From IMG/VR virus record IMGVR_UViG_3300037247_000734, positions 1 to 57,265 of that record: 57,265 bases of DNA; one strand, given 5' to 3'. The position numbers and the translations under genes were made by a program. The notes under the pieces were generated by a model. That model saw only the letters and a program-made list of their open reading frames with translations. It was not told the origin of the DNA and searched no databases. Shown here piece by piece: positions 37,126 to 45,972 of the stretch; position 1 is the stretch's first letter; each line of letters opens with the position of its first letter. Source of the DNA: a virus. Its lineage: Duplodnaviria > Caudoviricetes.

Positions 37126-37531
37126 CACTGCTCTCCTCATTAAGATTATATGAACACATGTCCTTCGATCCTCCCAAGGGTCCATCGGGGACCGCAATAG
37201 TAAGATGACCCTCCTTGTCGAATGTTATGCTTGCTGTTTCCTGTAACATGAGTAGACACATCGAGAGCACCCTGAGCAACGGGCAAAGGGCATGAGGGTC
37301 CTGGGTCAGATGGCCAAACAGGGTTAGTGCGACCTTCTCAAGGAAGTCCTCTTCGTGGCCCGCTTTCATTGTCGCAGTTAATGTACACATGGCAGACCAG
37401 ATACTTACTACAGTGCTGATACCATTCATGTTCAACTCTACAGACTGCCCCGTGTCAGGATGCTTTCCGACTCTGACCTGCCTCACTCTTCGATCATCAT
37501 TCGGACACCGACTGTAGTTCATATCACTCAT
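37049..37531 (-). CDS. Hypothetical protein coupled to the E2-like gene
   Basis: ATGA overlap with the upstream stop. Confidence 0.6.
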   Translation of the reverse strand: MSDMNYSRCPNDDRRVRQVRVGKHPDTGQSVELNMNGISTVVSIWSAMCTLTATMKAGHEEDFLEKVALTLFGHLTQDPHALCPLLRVLSMCLLMLQETASITFDKEGHLTIAVPDGPLGGSKDMCSYNLNEESSDGPDGGPTDGGTTEDAEGGGGINPT

Positions 37532-38739
37532 GGTAGTCTCCCATTCGTCAGCCTGTGGAGTATCTTACCTCTCTCGTCCGTGTGGGATATATCCACGTTG
37601 CCCGGCCCGTCGAGGTTCGACTTGAGCAACTGCAGGCTGAAGTAGTCGAGACTTTGATCCTCACGCTGTACTGTTATGGGCAACTCACGCAACATAGCTA
37701 AGCCGAAGGCTCTCCTTTGACGTTCGGAGCACTCGGAACCCGCCACCCCGGACAACAGTTCGCGTACCAACTCCTGTGCCTTTTCTATCCACGCTATCGG
37801 AGGACGAACGTTGGTGTAATTGATCGGGTTCCCCGGCACATGTAGGCTGTAGCCCATAACAGAATGACGTAGGAGACGGAGTTCTATCGCACTCGGAGAG
37901 GGCTCGCATTCAAAGCCACGGAAGTCACCTATACAACCACCCATATAGCCTCGATTGTACTGATGCTTGTAGGGACCCAACCACTGCGGTGTCACGGGAG
38001 GCCAACCCCTCTCGCCTAGTGCCCTGTTCATTTCGTACAACCAGTCAGGCACCACGTACAGTCCCATCATTTTCTCTCTTGTGATAGGCAATGTTAAACC
38101 GAATGCGTAAGCCGCTGCTTCACGTAGGGTTTCATTCGCCATAAGAGTCCTAATATCGTGAGTCCGGCACCCTGCGTAGCGTTTAATGATGTCCAGGACC
38201 AGTGGACCCTCCCAGGGTTCCTTTCCAGTAAAATATACTTCTTCCCCTGCCAGGAAGGTGGCAGCATACTCGGAAGCGAGCTTGAGCCAATCTAGTTCGA
38301 CGCCCCCCTGACGTTGCTCCATCATGGCTTCAAGAACCAACGACAGTCCCCACTGTCTCTTTATCCTCCGGGGTGGCAAGGTCCCTAGCTTTTCATACCC
38401 ATACTTGATTAACTTGTCACGTAAGGGTGCCACGTCCAATTGGGCAAAGCCACAGCAATAGGGAGTCCCCTCGGGAGCCGGGATCATTAGGGCCTTATAC
38501 CTCGCGGTCTCTACCGAACCTTCTTCGCAGGTCCACTCAAGGTAGTTCTTCCTCACTTCGGTTACACCTCCGCTCTGTTCAGGCCAAATGAGGTGGAATG
38601 CTTCCGTAATCGTACCGAACAGTTCCCCAGCCTTATAACTCCTCGCCGGTGGGTTTTCCCACTCCGCCAACTGGTCAATTCCTATGGTTATGCAGTCCGC
38701 TACGGTCCCTCCTACACCACAACTAGGCCACTTTGCCAT
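37528..38739 (-). CDS. Putative prokaryotic E2-like conjugating enzyme with large N-terminal extension
   Basis: H-x9-C motif HQYNRGYMGGCIGDF has the His-Cys spacing of the E2 HPN...C motif; AGGAG RBS; operon with Ubl, E1 and JAB. Confidence 0.55.
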   Translation of the reverse strand: MAKWPSCGVGGTVADCITIGIDQLAEWENPPARSYKAGELFGTITEAFHLIWPEQSGGVTEVRKNYLEWTCEEGSVETARYKALMIPAPEGTPYCCGFAQLDVAPLRDKLIKYGYEKLGTLPPRRIKRQWGLSLVLEAMMEQRQGGVELDWLKLASEYAATFLAGEEVYFTGKEPWEGPLVLDIIKRYAGCRTHDIRTLMANETLREAAAYAFGLTLPITREKMMGLYVVPDWLYEMNRALGERGWPPVTPQWLGPYKHQYNRGYMGGCIGDFRGFECEPSPSAIELRLLRHSVMGYSLHVPGNPINYTNVRPPIAWIEKAQELVRELLSGVAGSECSERQRRAFGLAMLRELPITVQREDQSLDYFSLQLLKSNLDGPGNVDISHTDERGKILHRLTNGRLP

Positions 38740-39751
38740 TATTGCCTCCTCTATCGGGAACGAGTCGAATGCCAATCGGAGCATCGTCCCACCTGTTGGC
38801 TAAGCACAGATTCCTGTAACCTCGGTAGTCAGCCGAGTCCAGAAGATACGTATCCCCGTCACTAGTCACCAGCCACAGGTCGCCAACACTCTCCAGGACA
38901 GGCTCGTCCCACGCTGTCATTAGAGCTACTGCATATAGCCCCGGTTCCCACGGGGTCTCCTCTTCCTTCCCGTGTGGCCTGGTGAACTTCGTGTCCCCTA
39001 TTAGATTCTTGAACCATTCACTCTGTTGCCACTTGAGCTGTCCTCGCTTGGACCTCGGATCATACAGCATCGGTTGTTTGGTTGGCTTGGGCACTTGCAG
39101 GAGTTTCTTGAGCTTCCTGTTCAAGGACGTATAGAGAGGGGCGGCTTTCCTCTCCATGTCCATAATCGTACCATCGGTGATATGGACACAGTGGCCGTAT
39201 GCACTTCCGTAGGTCGAGAAGGTTCCATCACGTCCGAAAATGACGTGAATTCCGGAACATTCCTTCTCCGTCCAATGACCGAGGTCGAAGGAGGAGGCAC
39301 CTGACGCCGATCCGGGATGTATATGGACGGTCCCGAGGAAACGTGCCCGTTCAAGAAACCAGTTCATACCCTCCTTGTCCTGCCACTCAATGCCTCCGGA
39401 AGTCCCCACCTGTTTCGGAACCATAAAGAACCACGGACACTTGTCCTTTACAATCTGGTGTTGCCTGCCCACGACGTACATGACCTCACGCTTGTACTGC
39501 GAGAGGAAACGGTCATACAGGTCCGCCAACCACCCCATTTCGGGATACTGATCCCAGTCCACGCCTCCGTAGTACAAGGCGGGTTTGGTCTTGTCAGCCG
39601 GTTCCGCCGGGCAGATAAGGGTCATCAAGCCCCGCGTCGTGCGATACAGACGGAGGTCCTCGCCGACCATCACTTCACCCACGCCGGGCAGGGCCTCAGT
39701 CGTGGCGAGAGCCTTGAACTCTTCAACCAAAGGCAGCGGGTCCCTAGCCAT
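38723..39751 (-). CDS. JAB/JAMM metalloprotease (Ubl-processing or deconjugating enzyme)
   Basis: Upstream Glu (KREV), VPKQ, exact HxHx7Sx2D (HIHPGSASGASSFD), GIHVIFG; TGATG coupling to E1. Confidence 0.85.
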   Translation of the reverse strand: MARDPLPLVEEFKALATTEALPGVGEVMVGEDLRLYRTTRGLMTLICPAEPADKTKPALYYGGVDWDQYPEMGWLADLYDRFLSQYKREVMYVVGRQHQIVKDKCPWFFMVPKQVGTSGGIEWQDKEGMNWFLERARFLGTVHIHPGSASGASSFDLGHWTEKECSGIHVIFGRDGTFSTYGSAYGHCVHITDGTIMDMERKAAPLYTSLNRKLKKLLQVPKPTKQPMLYDPRSKRGQLKWQQSEWFKNLIGDTKFTRPHGKEEETPWEPGLYAVALMTAWDEPVLESVGDLWLVTSDGDTYLLDSADYRGYRNLCLANRWDDAPIGIRLVPDRGGNNGKVA

Positions 39752-40515
39752 CAGAGTATCTCCTCCGGCTCGACAGCCGTGCGGGCCACGACGGTAGTCC
39801 AAGCCTTGGTAGTATAGGTCTTGGGATTCCGCCGCCAGTAGTATTCCCCCACTACTACGGGCAGGTCTCCCTCCGGCTTCCAGAACGTCACGGCCTCAAG
39901 GATAGCTGGACCAAACAAGGCCCCCGTCATAAGGTTCGAGAGCGTACTCTGAGCACCGCAGCCCTGTGGCTCGTTCCCGTCGATAGGCTTGTGGTTCGGA
40001 TCACCGACCTCTAAATGGAAGGGCTTCCAATCGTGCACAGCACCGTAGTTCTCGTAGACCCCAAAGTACACCTGTCCGTAGTTCATGTCGCAGCCGCTCA
40101 TCACCATAAGAGTACGGCCCCCTCGGTTCACACACCACTCCCGAACGGCAAGGCGAGCGTCGTCCACATCCACATTCACGATAACAATCACATCCGCTCG
40201 TGGACCTATCGACACATCACCCTCAAGAGCCCACGCTTGGAATGTACACGTCCGTGCCGAGGTTCGGGCGAGTAGCCCCTTGGGGGTGTGGGTATCCTTA
40301 GCACTGGCGACTTTGCTAATGCCGAGGATATTGAAGTTGTCTTCTCTGCACCACTGTCGCTCGGTGTTCCTCGGCGTCAGCCAATCCGGGTCCAGGTAGC
40401 GAATTGCCAAAGGTTGGAGTCTCTTGAGTAGGGAACAAAAGTAGTTCCCCGAGGTCCAGTACGTACCGCCGCAGCCGACGAATATGACCGCCACGTCGTT
40501 AGGCATATAAGTCAT
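39751..40515 (-). CDS. ThiF/E1-family Ubl-activating enzyme
   Basis: VGCGGT, DPD.L..RN..RQ, SK, VD..DAR, GQV, candidate catalytic C in QGCGAQSTLSN. Confidence 0.85.
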   Translation of the reverse strand: MTYMPNDVAVIFVGCGGTYWTSGNYFCSLLKRLQPLAIRYLDPDWLTPRNTERQWCREDNFNILGISKVASAKDTHTPKGLLARTSARTCTFQAWALEGDVSIGPRADVIVIVNVDVDDARLAVREWCVNRGGRTLMVMSGCDMNYGQVYFGVYENYGAVHDWKPFHLEVGDPNHKPIDGNEPQGCGAQSTLSNLMTGALFGPAILEAVTFWKPEGDLPVVVGEYYWRRNPKTYTTKAWTTVVARTAVEPEEIL

Positions 40516-40894
40516 CGGGTTCCCCTCCATTATCAACCGGGTCAACTGGGTCAACCGGGTTATCGTCCAATTCCAGAAGGTTCGGCCACGCCGGATTTCT
40601 CCGGAGCCAATTAACTTCCGAACCAGTCAGAAACGTCTTATCCTCGAAGTGCTTCGATGCAAGTCGGGGGTCGTAGACAACTTTTCCTGTTTCAAGGTTC
40701 TGTACTACAACCTTCTTGTTCAGCACCTCAGTATCCCCATTCCCAAACAGGAGGAACAGTTCTGTCAACTCGGGGTATCGTGCATGGTGCCGAATACCCA
40801 ACCAACAGATGGTCTCCTTTGTCTCCCCATTGGGAGCAAAAACCTTCATTCTTGCAGGTGGACTACCAAAGAAGTCCTCTAAGAATGGGTGCAT
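40499..40894 (-). CDS. Hypothetical protein between Ubl and E1
   Basis: AAGGTG RBS; stop overlaps the E1 start. Confidence 0.65.
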   Translation of the reverse strand: MHPFLEDFFGSPPARMKVFAPNGETKETICWLGIRHHARYPELTELFLLFGNGDTEVLNKKVVVQNLETGKVVYDPRLASKHFEDKTFLTGSEVNWLRRNPAWPNLLELDDNPVDPVDPVDNGGEPDDLYA

Positions 40895-40965
40895 TGTCCA
40901 CCTTTCAGCAAGGGGGGGAGGGAACTTTTCCCCCGCCCCCCACCTCCGTGGCCACAAGAGGATCG

Positions 40966-41196
40966 CTACGCGAGACGCCCACCAACCGGGGCTGTCGCTA
41001 CCGTGTCGCCTTCTTTGACGACCGTCGCCGCAGTCGCGGGATGACCATTGACACGTATGGCATTAATAGTGTCGATACCTCGTAGGTGTCCATCCTCGAA
41101 CAGAGCCCGCACCGTGGAGTCTACAGGGACCTCCGTGGTGATGAACTCACCGTTGACCTCAATCGAGACCTTCATCGCTGCTTGTTCCTCAGCCAT
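40966..41196 (-). CDS. Ubiquitin-like beta-grasp protein (ThiS/MoaD-like), 76 aa, ending VGG-RLA
   Basis: AGGAGG RBS; MKVSIEVNG...STVRAL...IRVNG...VKEGDTV..AP.GG. Confidence 0.85.
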   Translation of the reverse strand: MAEEQAAMKVSIEVNGEFITTEVPVDSTVRALFEDGHLRGIDTINAIRVNGHPATAATVVKEGDTVATAPVGGRLA

Positions 41197-41274
41197 TACC
41201 CGTCCTCCTATCGGCGTCCGCCGATGATGAGGCTGCCTCAACTCTGAGCATCCCGTCGATGCCCTTACGTTCAA

Positions 41275-41303
41275 AACATAGCATCTTCCCGGAAGATTGT
41301 CAA
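41275..41303 (-). promoter_or_regulatory. Promoter of the Ubl operon, with palindromic spacer
   Basis: TTGACA-17-TATGTT with TG extended -10; spacer holds ATCTTCC-N-GGAAGAT. Confidence 0.7.
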
Positions 41304-41311
41304 CAACTATC

Positions 41312-41629
41312 CTAAAGTTTTTTTGAACCCGATAATACCTTCAATGCTTCGGCGATGAAGCGAGGATTATCGGCAAGGAATTGGGTAAGGGCTTCTCCCA
41401 AGATAACGAGGATGGCCTCCTCGTCCTTGAAGTCATGCCCTGCAACCATAGCATGGAGACTCTCGTGGATCACAAGCTCGATCTTACGGGAACGAGTCGT
41501 CCGACGGAGAACTCGGATGGTGGTCGTGCCGCTATCCATATCGGCGGCGACATCAGACCCGAGTTCCCTTTGGGTAGCCGACTTGACCTTGTAGGTGTGA
41601 GCACCGATCTTGACTGACCTGGGAAGCAT
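41312..41629 (-). CDS. Small HExxH (zincin-like) phage protein
   Basis: P..VKIG...YKV start; VIHESLHA; AGGAGG RBS. Confidence 0.7.
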   Translation of the reverse strand: MLPRSVKIGAHTYKVKSATQRELGSDVAADMDSGTTTIRVLRRTTRSRKIELVIHESLHAMVAGHDFKDEEAILVILGEALTQFLADNPRFIAEALKVLSGSKKL

Positions 41630-41699
41630 GGGACCTCCTATAGGAAAGGCTGCCAGCCTGTCGAGCCAGTAGCCTATAAGGGGGAAATTGAAATTGACC

Positions 41700-41933
41700 C
41701 TACCTACTGAGCAGGGTGTCCAGCTTCTCGTTCACACTGTCCATCTTGCCCGACAGGCTGGAAAGCTCCCTCTCGATCCACTTGGCATCACGAATGTAGG
41801 GACTCTCCACCTGGATCATCTGGCTTACCTCCACTCGGTTCACGTACCGGCCAACCACAGCCACGTACATGACTCCACAGGTGATTAGCCCCCCCACGCA
41901 GGCCGCGACTACTCGTTCCCGTTGTCCGTTCAT
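41700..41933 (-). CDS. Single-pass membrane protein with coiled coil (possibly lysis-related)
   Basis: Hydrophobic VVAACVGGLITCGVMYVAVV; C-terminal heptads. Confidence 0.5.
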   Translation of the reverse strand: MNGQRERVVAACVGGLITCGVMYVAVVGRYVNRVEVSQMIQVESPYIRDAKWIERELSSLSGKMDSVNEKLDTLLSR

Positions 41934-41934
41934 G

Positions 41935-42345
41935 TTATGCCGGTTGTCCGCCAAATCCGACGACACTAACGTCATCCAGGTCATCGGCTTGGTGGGTGGT
42001 GCAGAAGGACACCGAATGAACGGCGATCTGTCCTCCACAACTTACGTCCACCCAGTTTGCCGAGCCGTCAGGAGCATCAGTTCCGCCATCGGCGACGAAC
42101 TTGGTCTCCTTTGGAGGAATCACGAAATGACCGAGGCCGTTAGCCGCCGAGAACGTCTCACTCACGGTCCCGTTCAACTCGGTGTTGACCTTGACCAGCA
42201 GCTCCGAGTTCGTACAGTGGTTTGTAACAATGCAGGGCCGTACCGGATTCCTGAACAGGATAATTCTCGGCAGAACCAGACTGTCGTCCGTCCCCGCCGC
42301 AGCTTGAGTCCCCGTACTGGGGGCACCTGACCGTGTTCTGGACAT
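41935..42345 (-). CDS. Beta-rich hypothetical protein, probably virion-associated
   Basis: GGGAG RBS; follows the paralog array. Confidence 0.6.
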   Translation of the reverse strand: MSRTRSGAPSTGTQAAAGTDDSLVLPRIILFRNPVRPCIVTNHCTNSELLVKVNTELNGTVSETFSAANGLGHFVIPPKETKFVADGGTDAPDGSANWVDVSCGGQIAVHSVSFCTTHQADDLDDVSVVGFGGQPA

Positions 42346-42354
42346 CGTTTCTCC

Positions 42355-43104
42355 CTACGTACCGAGGGCACGGCTGATCGCCATACCAACCAGGTTGATC
42401 TTCGGATCGGCACCGGCAGACGAATCTTCGAGGACACTCAGAAACGGAATCAGGTCCACGATATTTCCGGCTCCTACAGCCCCCCCAAAGTACCCGTTAC
42501 AACTGACTTCTCGTTCATCGACAAACACTCGGGCGATGCCTTGGGGATCAAACTTGATCGCGAGGTGGACATACTGGCTGGCTGCTACTGTTGCCACACC
42601 GGCAATGACGGTGTCGGAGTTGCCGATGGAGCTGACTGCGTCGAGTATGGCATCATCAGTCGCTTGGAGAGCGATACAGTCGTTGTCCGCGTTCGACGCT
42701 GTGCCATTTGTCAACATCAGGCCAACCTTGATGACTCGATCAGTCAGGACGGCATCATATTGGAACAACCACTCACACTCAGTCTCCTGGTCTGTACCCC
42801 AGGTAAACTCAGTGAGAGGGCTCCCATTCGCGAGGGTTGCCGGTCCTATTGCAACTCCAAGGACGGTATCCGCCACCACAGCATAAAAGTTGCCACCCGA
42901 TTCGACCGCCACTGCCGCTGTTGCCGACGTAATGCTGGCCCCCGTGAGGATCATATCGGCGTCCGCGATCATCCGGGTGCTATCTGTAGCGTTAACGTAG
43001 TCTGCGAGGATCGCAACCTTACCACGGAGAGGACGCCAGACGAAGTTTATCCTGTCCCGGCGGTCAACCTCGTGGGTGATGAAGCTCTGTAGTGAGGCTC
43101 TCAC
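42355..43104 (-). CDS. Paralog 4 of the beta-sandwich array
   Basis: Near-colinear with 43114-43890 (TRMIAD, FTWGTDQETE, ISRALG). Confidence 0.75.
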   Translation of the reverse strand: MRASLQSFITHEVDRRDRINFVWRPLRGKVAILADYVNATDSTRMIADADMILTGASITSATAAVAVESGGNFYAVVADTVLGVAIGPATLANGSPLTEFTWGTDQETECEWLFQYDAVLTDRVIKVGLMLTNGTASNADNDCIALQATDDAILDAVSSIGNSDTVIAGVATVAASQYVHLAIKFDPQGIARVFVDEREVSCNGYFGGAVGAGNIVDLIPFLSVLEDSSAGADPKINLVGMAISRALGT

Positions 43105-43113
43105 GATTTCTCC

Positions 43114-43890
43114 TTATGCACCGAGGGCACGGCTAATGGCAAACCCAACCAGATTGTACTTGGGATCAGCCGCTCCGGACGTGTCCTCTTTGCCGCCGTA
43201 GAACGGGATTAGATCAACGACGTTTCCGGCCCCTACCGAGCCCCCGAAGTTTGGAGCCCCTATATGGACTTCTCGTCCGTCGATGTAGCAGTGGGGGGTC
43301 CCCGCCGGATCGAACTTGATGGCGAGGTGAACGTAGCCACTTGCGGCCCGAGTCGCAGCCCCGGTCGTGAGCAGGTCCGCACCACTCCCTCCAATTGAGA
43401 CTCCAACGTCGATAACCGCTACGTTCTCGTCGATTGAGAAGTACACCTGATCGTTATCGGTGGTCTGAGCAGCTACGGGATCGTCGATCGCGTCCGACAG
43501 ACGCAGGCCGCAGACCATCCACCTGTCGGTAATGGCCGAGTCTATCTGAATCAGCCACTCAGCCTCGGTCTCCTGGTCCGTGCCCCACGTAAACTCCGTG
43601 AGGGGACTGTTGTTCGTCAGGGTAGCCGGGCCGAAGATGCATTCGTCGGTGCCTCCGCTCACTACCGCGTAAAAGTTACCACCACTTTCAACGGCTACGG
43701 CCGCTGTACCCGACGTGATGTTCAAACCTGTAAGGATCACATCGGGATCAGCGATCATTCGTGTAGCGTCGGTCGCATGGACGTAGTCAGCCAGGAGGGC
43801 AGCCTTGCCCTTGAGGGGACGCCAGATGTGGTTGATTCGGTCCCGGCGACTCGGTTCACGGGTGATGAAACTATGAAGAGATGCTCTCAC
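43114..43890 (-). CDS. Paralog 3 of the beta-sandwich array
   Basis: Shared TRMIADP, YVHLAIKFD and ISRALG motifs. Confidence 0.75.
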   Translation of the reverse strand: MRASLHSFITREPSRRDRINHIWRPLKGKAALLADYVHATDATRMIADPDVILTGLNITSGTAAVAVESGGNFYAVVSGGTDECIFGPATLTNNSPLTEFTWGTDQETEAEWLIQIDSAITDRWMVCGLRLSDAIDDPVAAQTTDNDQVYFSIDENVAVIDVGVSIGGSGADLLTTGAATRAASGYVHLAIKFDPAGTPHCYIDGREVHIGAPNFGGSVGAGNVVDLIPFYGGKEDTSGAADPKYNLVGFAISRALGA

Positions 43891-43902
43891 AATACTTACT
43901 CC

Positions 43903-44646
43903 TTATCGGGCCTGTCCGATAGCCCGTGAAATTCGCCACCCGTACACGGTCATAGCCTCGGTCGCTCCGGAATTCTCCAGGACTTGTACCCCGATCATCG
44001 GCGTTTGGGCCACGGCTGCACCGCCTGTCATGTCAAGGTGGGCTACGAGCTGGCCGTTGATTCGGGCTTCGCATCGGCCCAACCCGGTGTACTTGATTGA
44101 AAAGTGGTACACGCCACCGGCTACAACAAGTACGCCTGTGTCAACGTCCAGGTCGGTTCCGCCCGACGCTACGTCGGTAACAAAACCCCAGTTCGTGTCG
44201 CTGTCGTCACCCTCGTTGAAGTTGAAAACCGCCATGCCATTGTTATTAACGGCCATGTCAGCCGGGTTGGTGTTTAGCTGGAGCCCTGCCATCACTATGA
44301 GGTCCGTAATAGTCGAGGGCATCTTGATAGCACACTCGAATTCAGCCTCGCGGTCGGTCCGCAGGGTGAGGTTGTCAACGTGGCATTGGCAGGCATTCGC
44401 CAGTTCGTGTACAACCAGGATCGACTGATCGTTATCCACGGCTGCCGTCACTACGTCGATTCCGCCCTCAGCGTTGACGCTGGTGTTTCCGACGACCGCA
44501 TTAGTACCTGCAACCTCGACTAGCGGATCGGTAATCATCCGCGTGGACTCAGCCGTAGCCGTCAGGTTCGCTGTGACGCCGGGCTTACCGTTCTCACCAG
44601 CGATCCACAGCCACTCACGATAATGTCTGTTCAGAAGGAAACTCAT
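43903..44646 (-). CDS. Paralog 2 of the beta-sandwich array
   Basis: TRMITDP, YHFSI, ING..VA, ISRAIG. Confidence 0.75.
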   Translation of the reverse strand: MSFLLNRHYREWLWIAGENGKPGVTANLTATAESTRMITDPLVEVAGTNAVVGNTSVNAEGGIDVVTAAVDNDQSILVVHELANACQCHVDNLTLRTDREAEFECAIKMPSTITDLIVMAGLQLNTNPADMAVNNNGMAVFNFNEGDDSDTNWGFVTDVASGGTDLDVDTGVLVVAGGVYHFSIKYTGLGRCEARINGQLVAHLDMTGGAAVAQTPMIGVQVLENSGATEAMTVYGWRISRAIGQAR

Positions 44647-44649
44647 GGT

Positions 44650-45402
44650 TTAGGCTCCGTAAAGGCGACTGATCTTCTGCTCGTACCACACAACCTCGTC
44701 GGTGGTGGCAGACAGCGATTGCAGTCCCATCACTGGTTTAAGGTCTACGGTATTCCCACCGAAGTCCACCTCGGCGACCTTAACGCCGTTGATGTAGCAG
44801 TGGGCCGTCTCGTTCACGTCAAACTCGATACGGAAGTGATAACGAGTGAGCCCCGCCACCCGAACTCCCGAATCCGTATCAACCACGGTTCCGCCACCAG
44901 CGTTGCTCACGACACCCCAGGAGGCATCGGAATCGTCAGTGTTGAAGTTGAACAGTACAAGGTCATCATCATCTAGGCCCATGTCCAGGTCACTCTTGAG
45001 CCCGGCAATGAGGTGAATTCCAGTGGTGATGTCAGCGGGTGTTTCAAGATATCCTTCCCACCGGACCTCTCGATCACTGCCCCACGTCACATAGTTCCAC
45101 GGGCTCTGTCCCGCGTCCTGGTGAGGTACCAGAATCTCCTGATCGTCGTCCGCACCACCTGTCTGAGCAGTTAGTCCACCCTCAGAATTGTGCGTTACGT
45201 CGTCAGTCGCGGCACTCGTCCCCAGAATCTCGAAATCCGGGTCCGCCGTCATCCGAGTTGCCTCAGTCGAGTTTTGAATGTCGGCATTTATCGAGGGAAT
45301 ACCCCGCTCGCCACCGACCCACGTCAACTGCAACCTTCCACCTCGCCAGTCACGTTGTGGCCCGGCACAGACAGGAATATAGTCACTCGCCTTACCCATC
45401 AT
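44650..45402 (-). CDS. Paralog 1 of the beta-sandwich array (ConA/LamG-like pattern)
   Basis: TRMTADP, TWGSDRE, YHFRI, YING..VA, ISRLYG. Confidence 0.75.
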   Translation of the reverse strand: MMGKASDYIPVCAGPQRDWRGGRLQLTWVGGERGIPSINADIQNSTEATRMTADPDFEILGTSAATDDVTHNSEGGLTAQTGGADDDQEILVPHQDAGQSPWNYVTWGSDREVRWEGYLETPADITTGIHLIAGLKSDLDMGLDDDDLVLFNFNTDDSDASWGVVSNAGGGTVVDTDSGVRVAGLTRYHFRIEFDVNETAHCYINGVKVAEVDFGGNTVDLKPVMGLQSLSATTDEVVWYEQKISRLYGA

Positions 45403-45408
45403 TCTCTC

Positions 45409-45972
45409 CTAGATGACTCGCACGCATCGAAGCGTGATGAGCAGTTTGTACGTAAAAGCCTTGTCGTGAAGTCCGAGACGGGAGTTCGCCTGTACACGGA
45501 GAGAGTCGTCTGTACTGACAACGTCGTTGCCCGACATCCCCATGTCTATCTTACGGACCTCGCCCACCTTCATTCCGCCACAGTCCACCGAACCGATGCT
45601 CGAAGCTCCGCCCTTATTGACGCCCACTGAGCACCCGTTCTGCCCACCTTCGCTGGCACCCTTGCCATCATCCAGGCAGGTCACTTCGCCTCCCATAATC
45701 AGGAAGTTGTATGGGGCATCCGAAGAGCAAAAGTCAACCGCCGTCTCAGTTGACGTGGCATGTGCCACATAGCAGTTTAGGTCAAAGGGGGTACCATAGT
45801 TCCTGTTTCCAGTAGCACCCTTGAGCCCGTTTGGACTGTGCCTGATCCCCTTTTCCGGGACCTGGGTCATCACTCCAAGAGTGTCGTTGGCAGCCAACTC
45901 CGTTGGTCCACCACTTTGTCCAAGAATCGTTAGCATATCGTTACTCCGAGGAAGGAATCGCGTAGAATTCAA
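45409..45972 (-). CDS. Beta-rich protein related to 46456-47034
   Basis: DAPYNF, DDSLRV and terminal C.RVI motifs. Confidence 0.65.
   Translation of the reverse strand: MNSTRFLPRSNDMLTILGQSGGPTELAANDTLGVMTQVPEKGIRHSPNGLKGATGNRNYGTPFDLNCYVAHATSTETAVDFCSSDAPYNFLIMGGEVTCLDDGKGASEGGQNGCSVGVNKGGASSIGSVDCGGMKVGEVRKIDMGMSGNDVVSTDDSLRVQANSRLGLHDKAFTYKLLITLRCVRVI

Noticed and set aside
39751-41196. Thiamine or molybdopterin auxiliary metabolic genes (thiS/thiF, moaD/moeB)
   Set aside because: No thiG, moaE or sulfurtransferase is present, the E1 lacks the Zn-binding CxxC pairs of MoeB/ThiF, and JAB and E2-like genes are coupled to it.
42355-43890. Diversity-generating retroelement suggested by the similar paralogs
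   Set aside because: No reverse transcriptase is present, and the differences are not confined to adenines.
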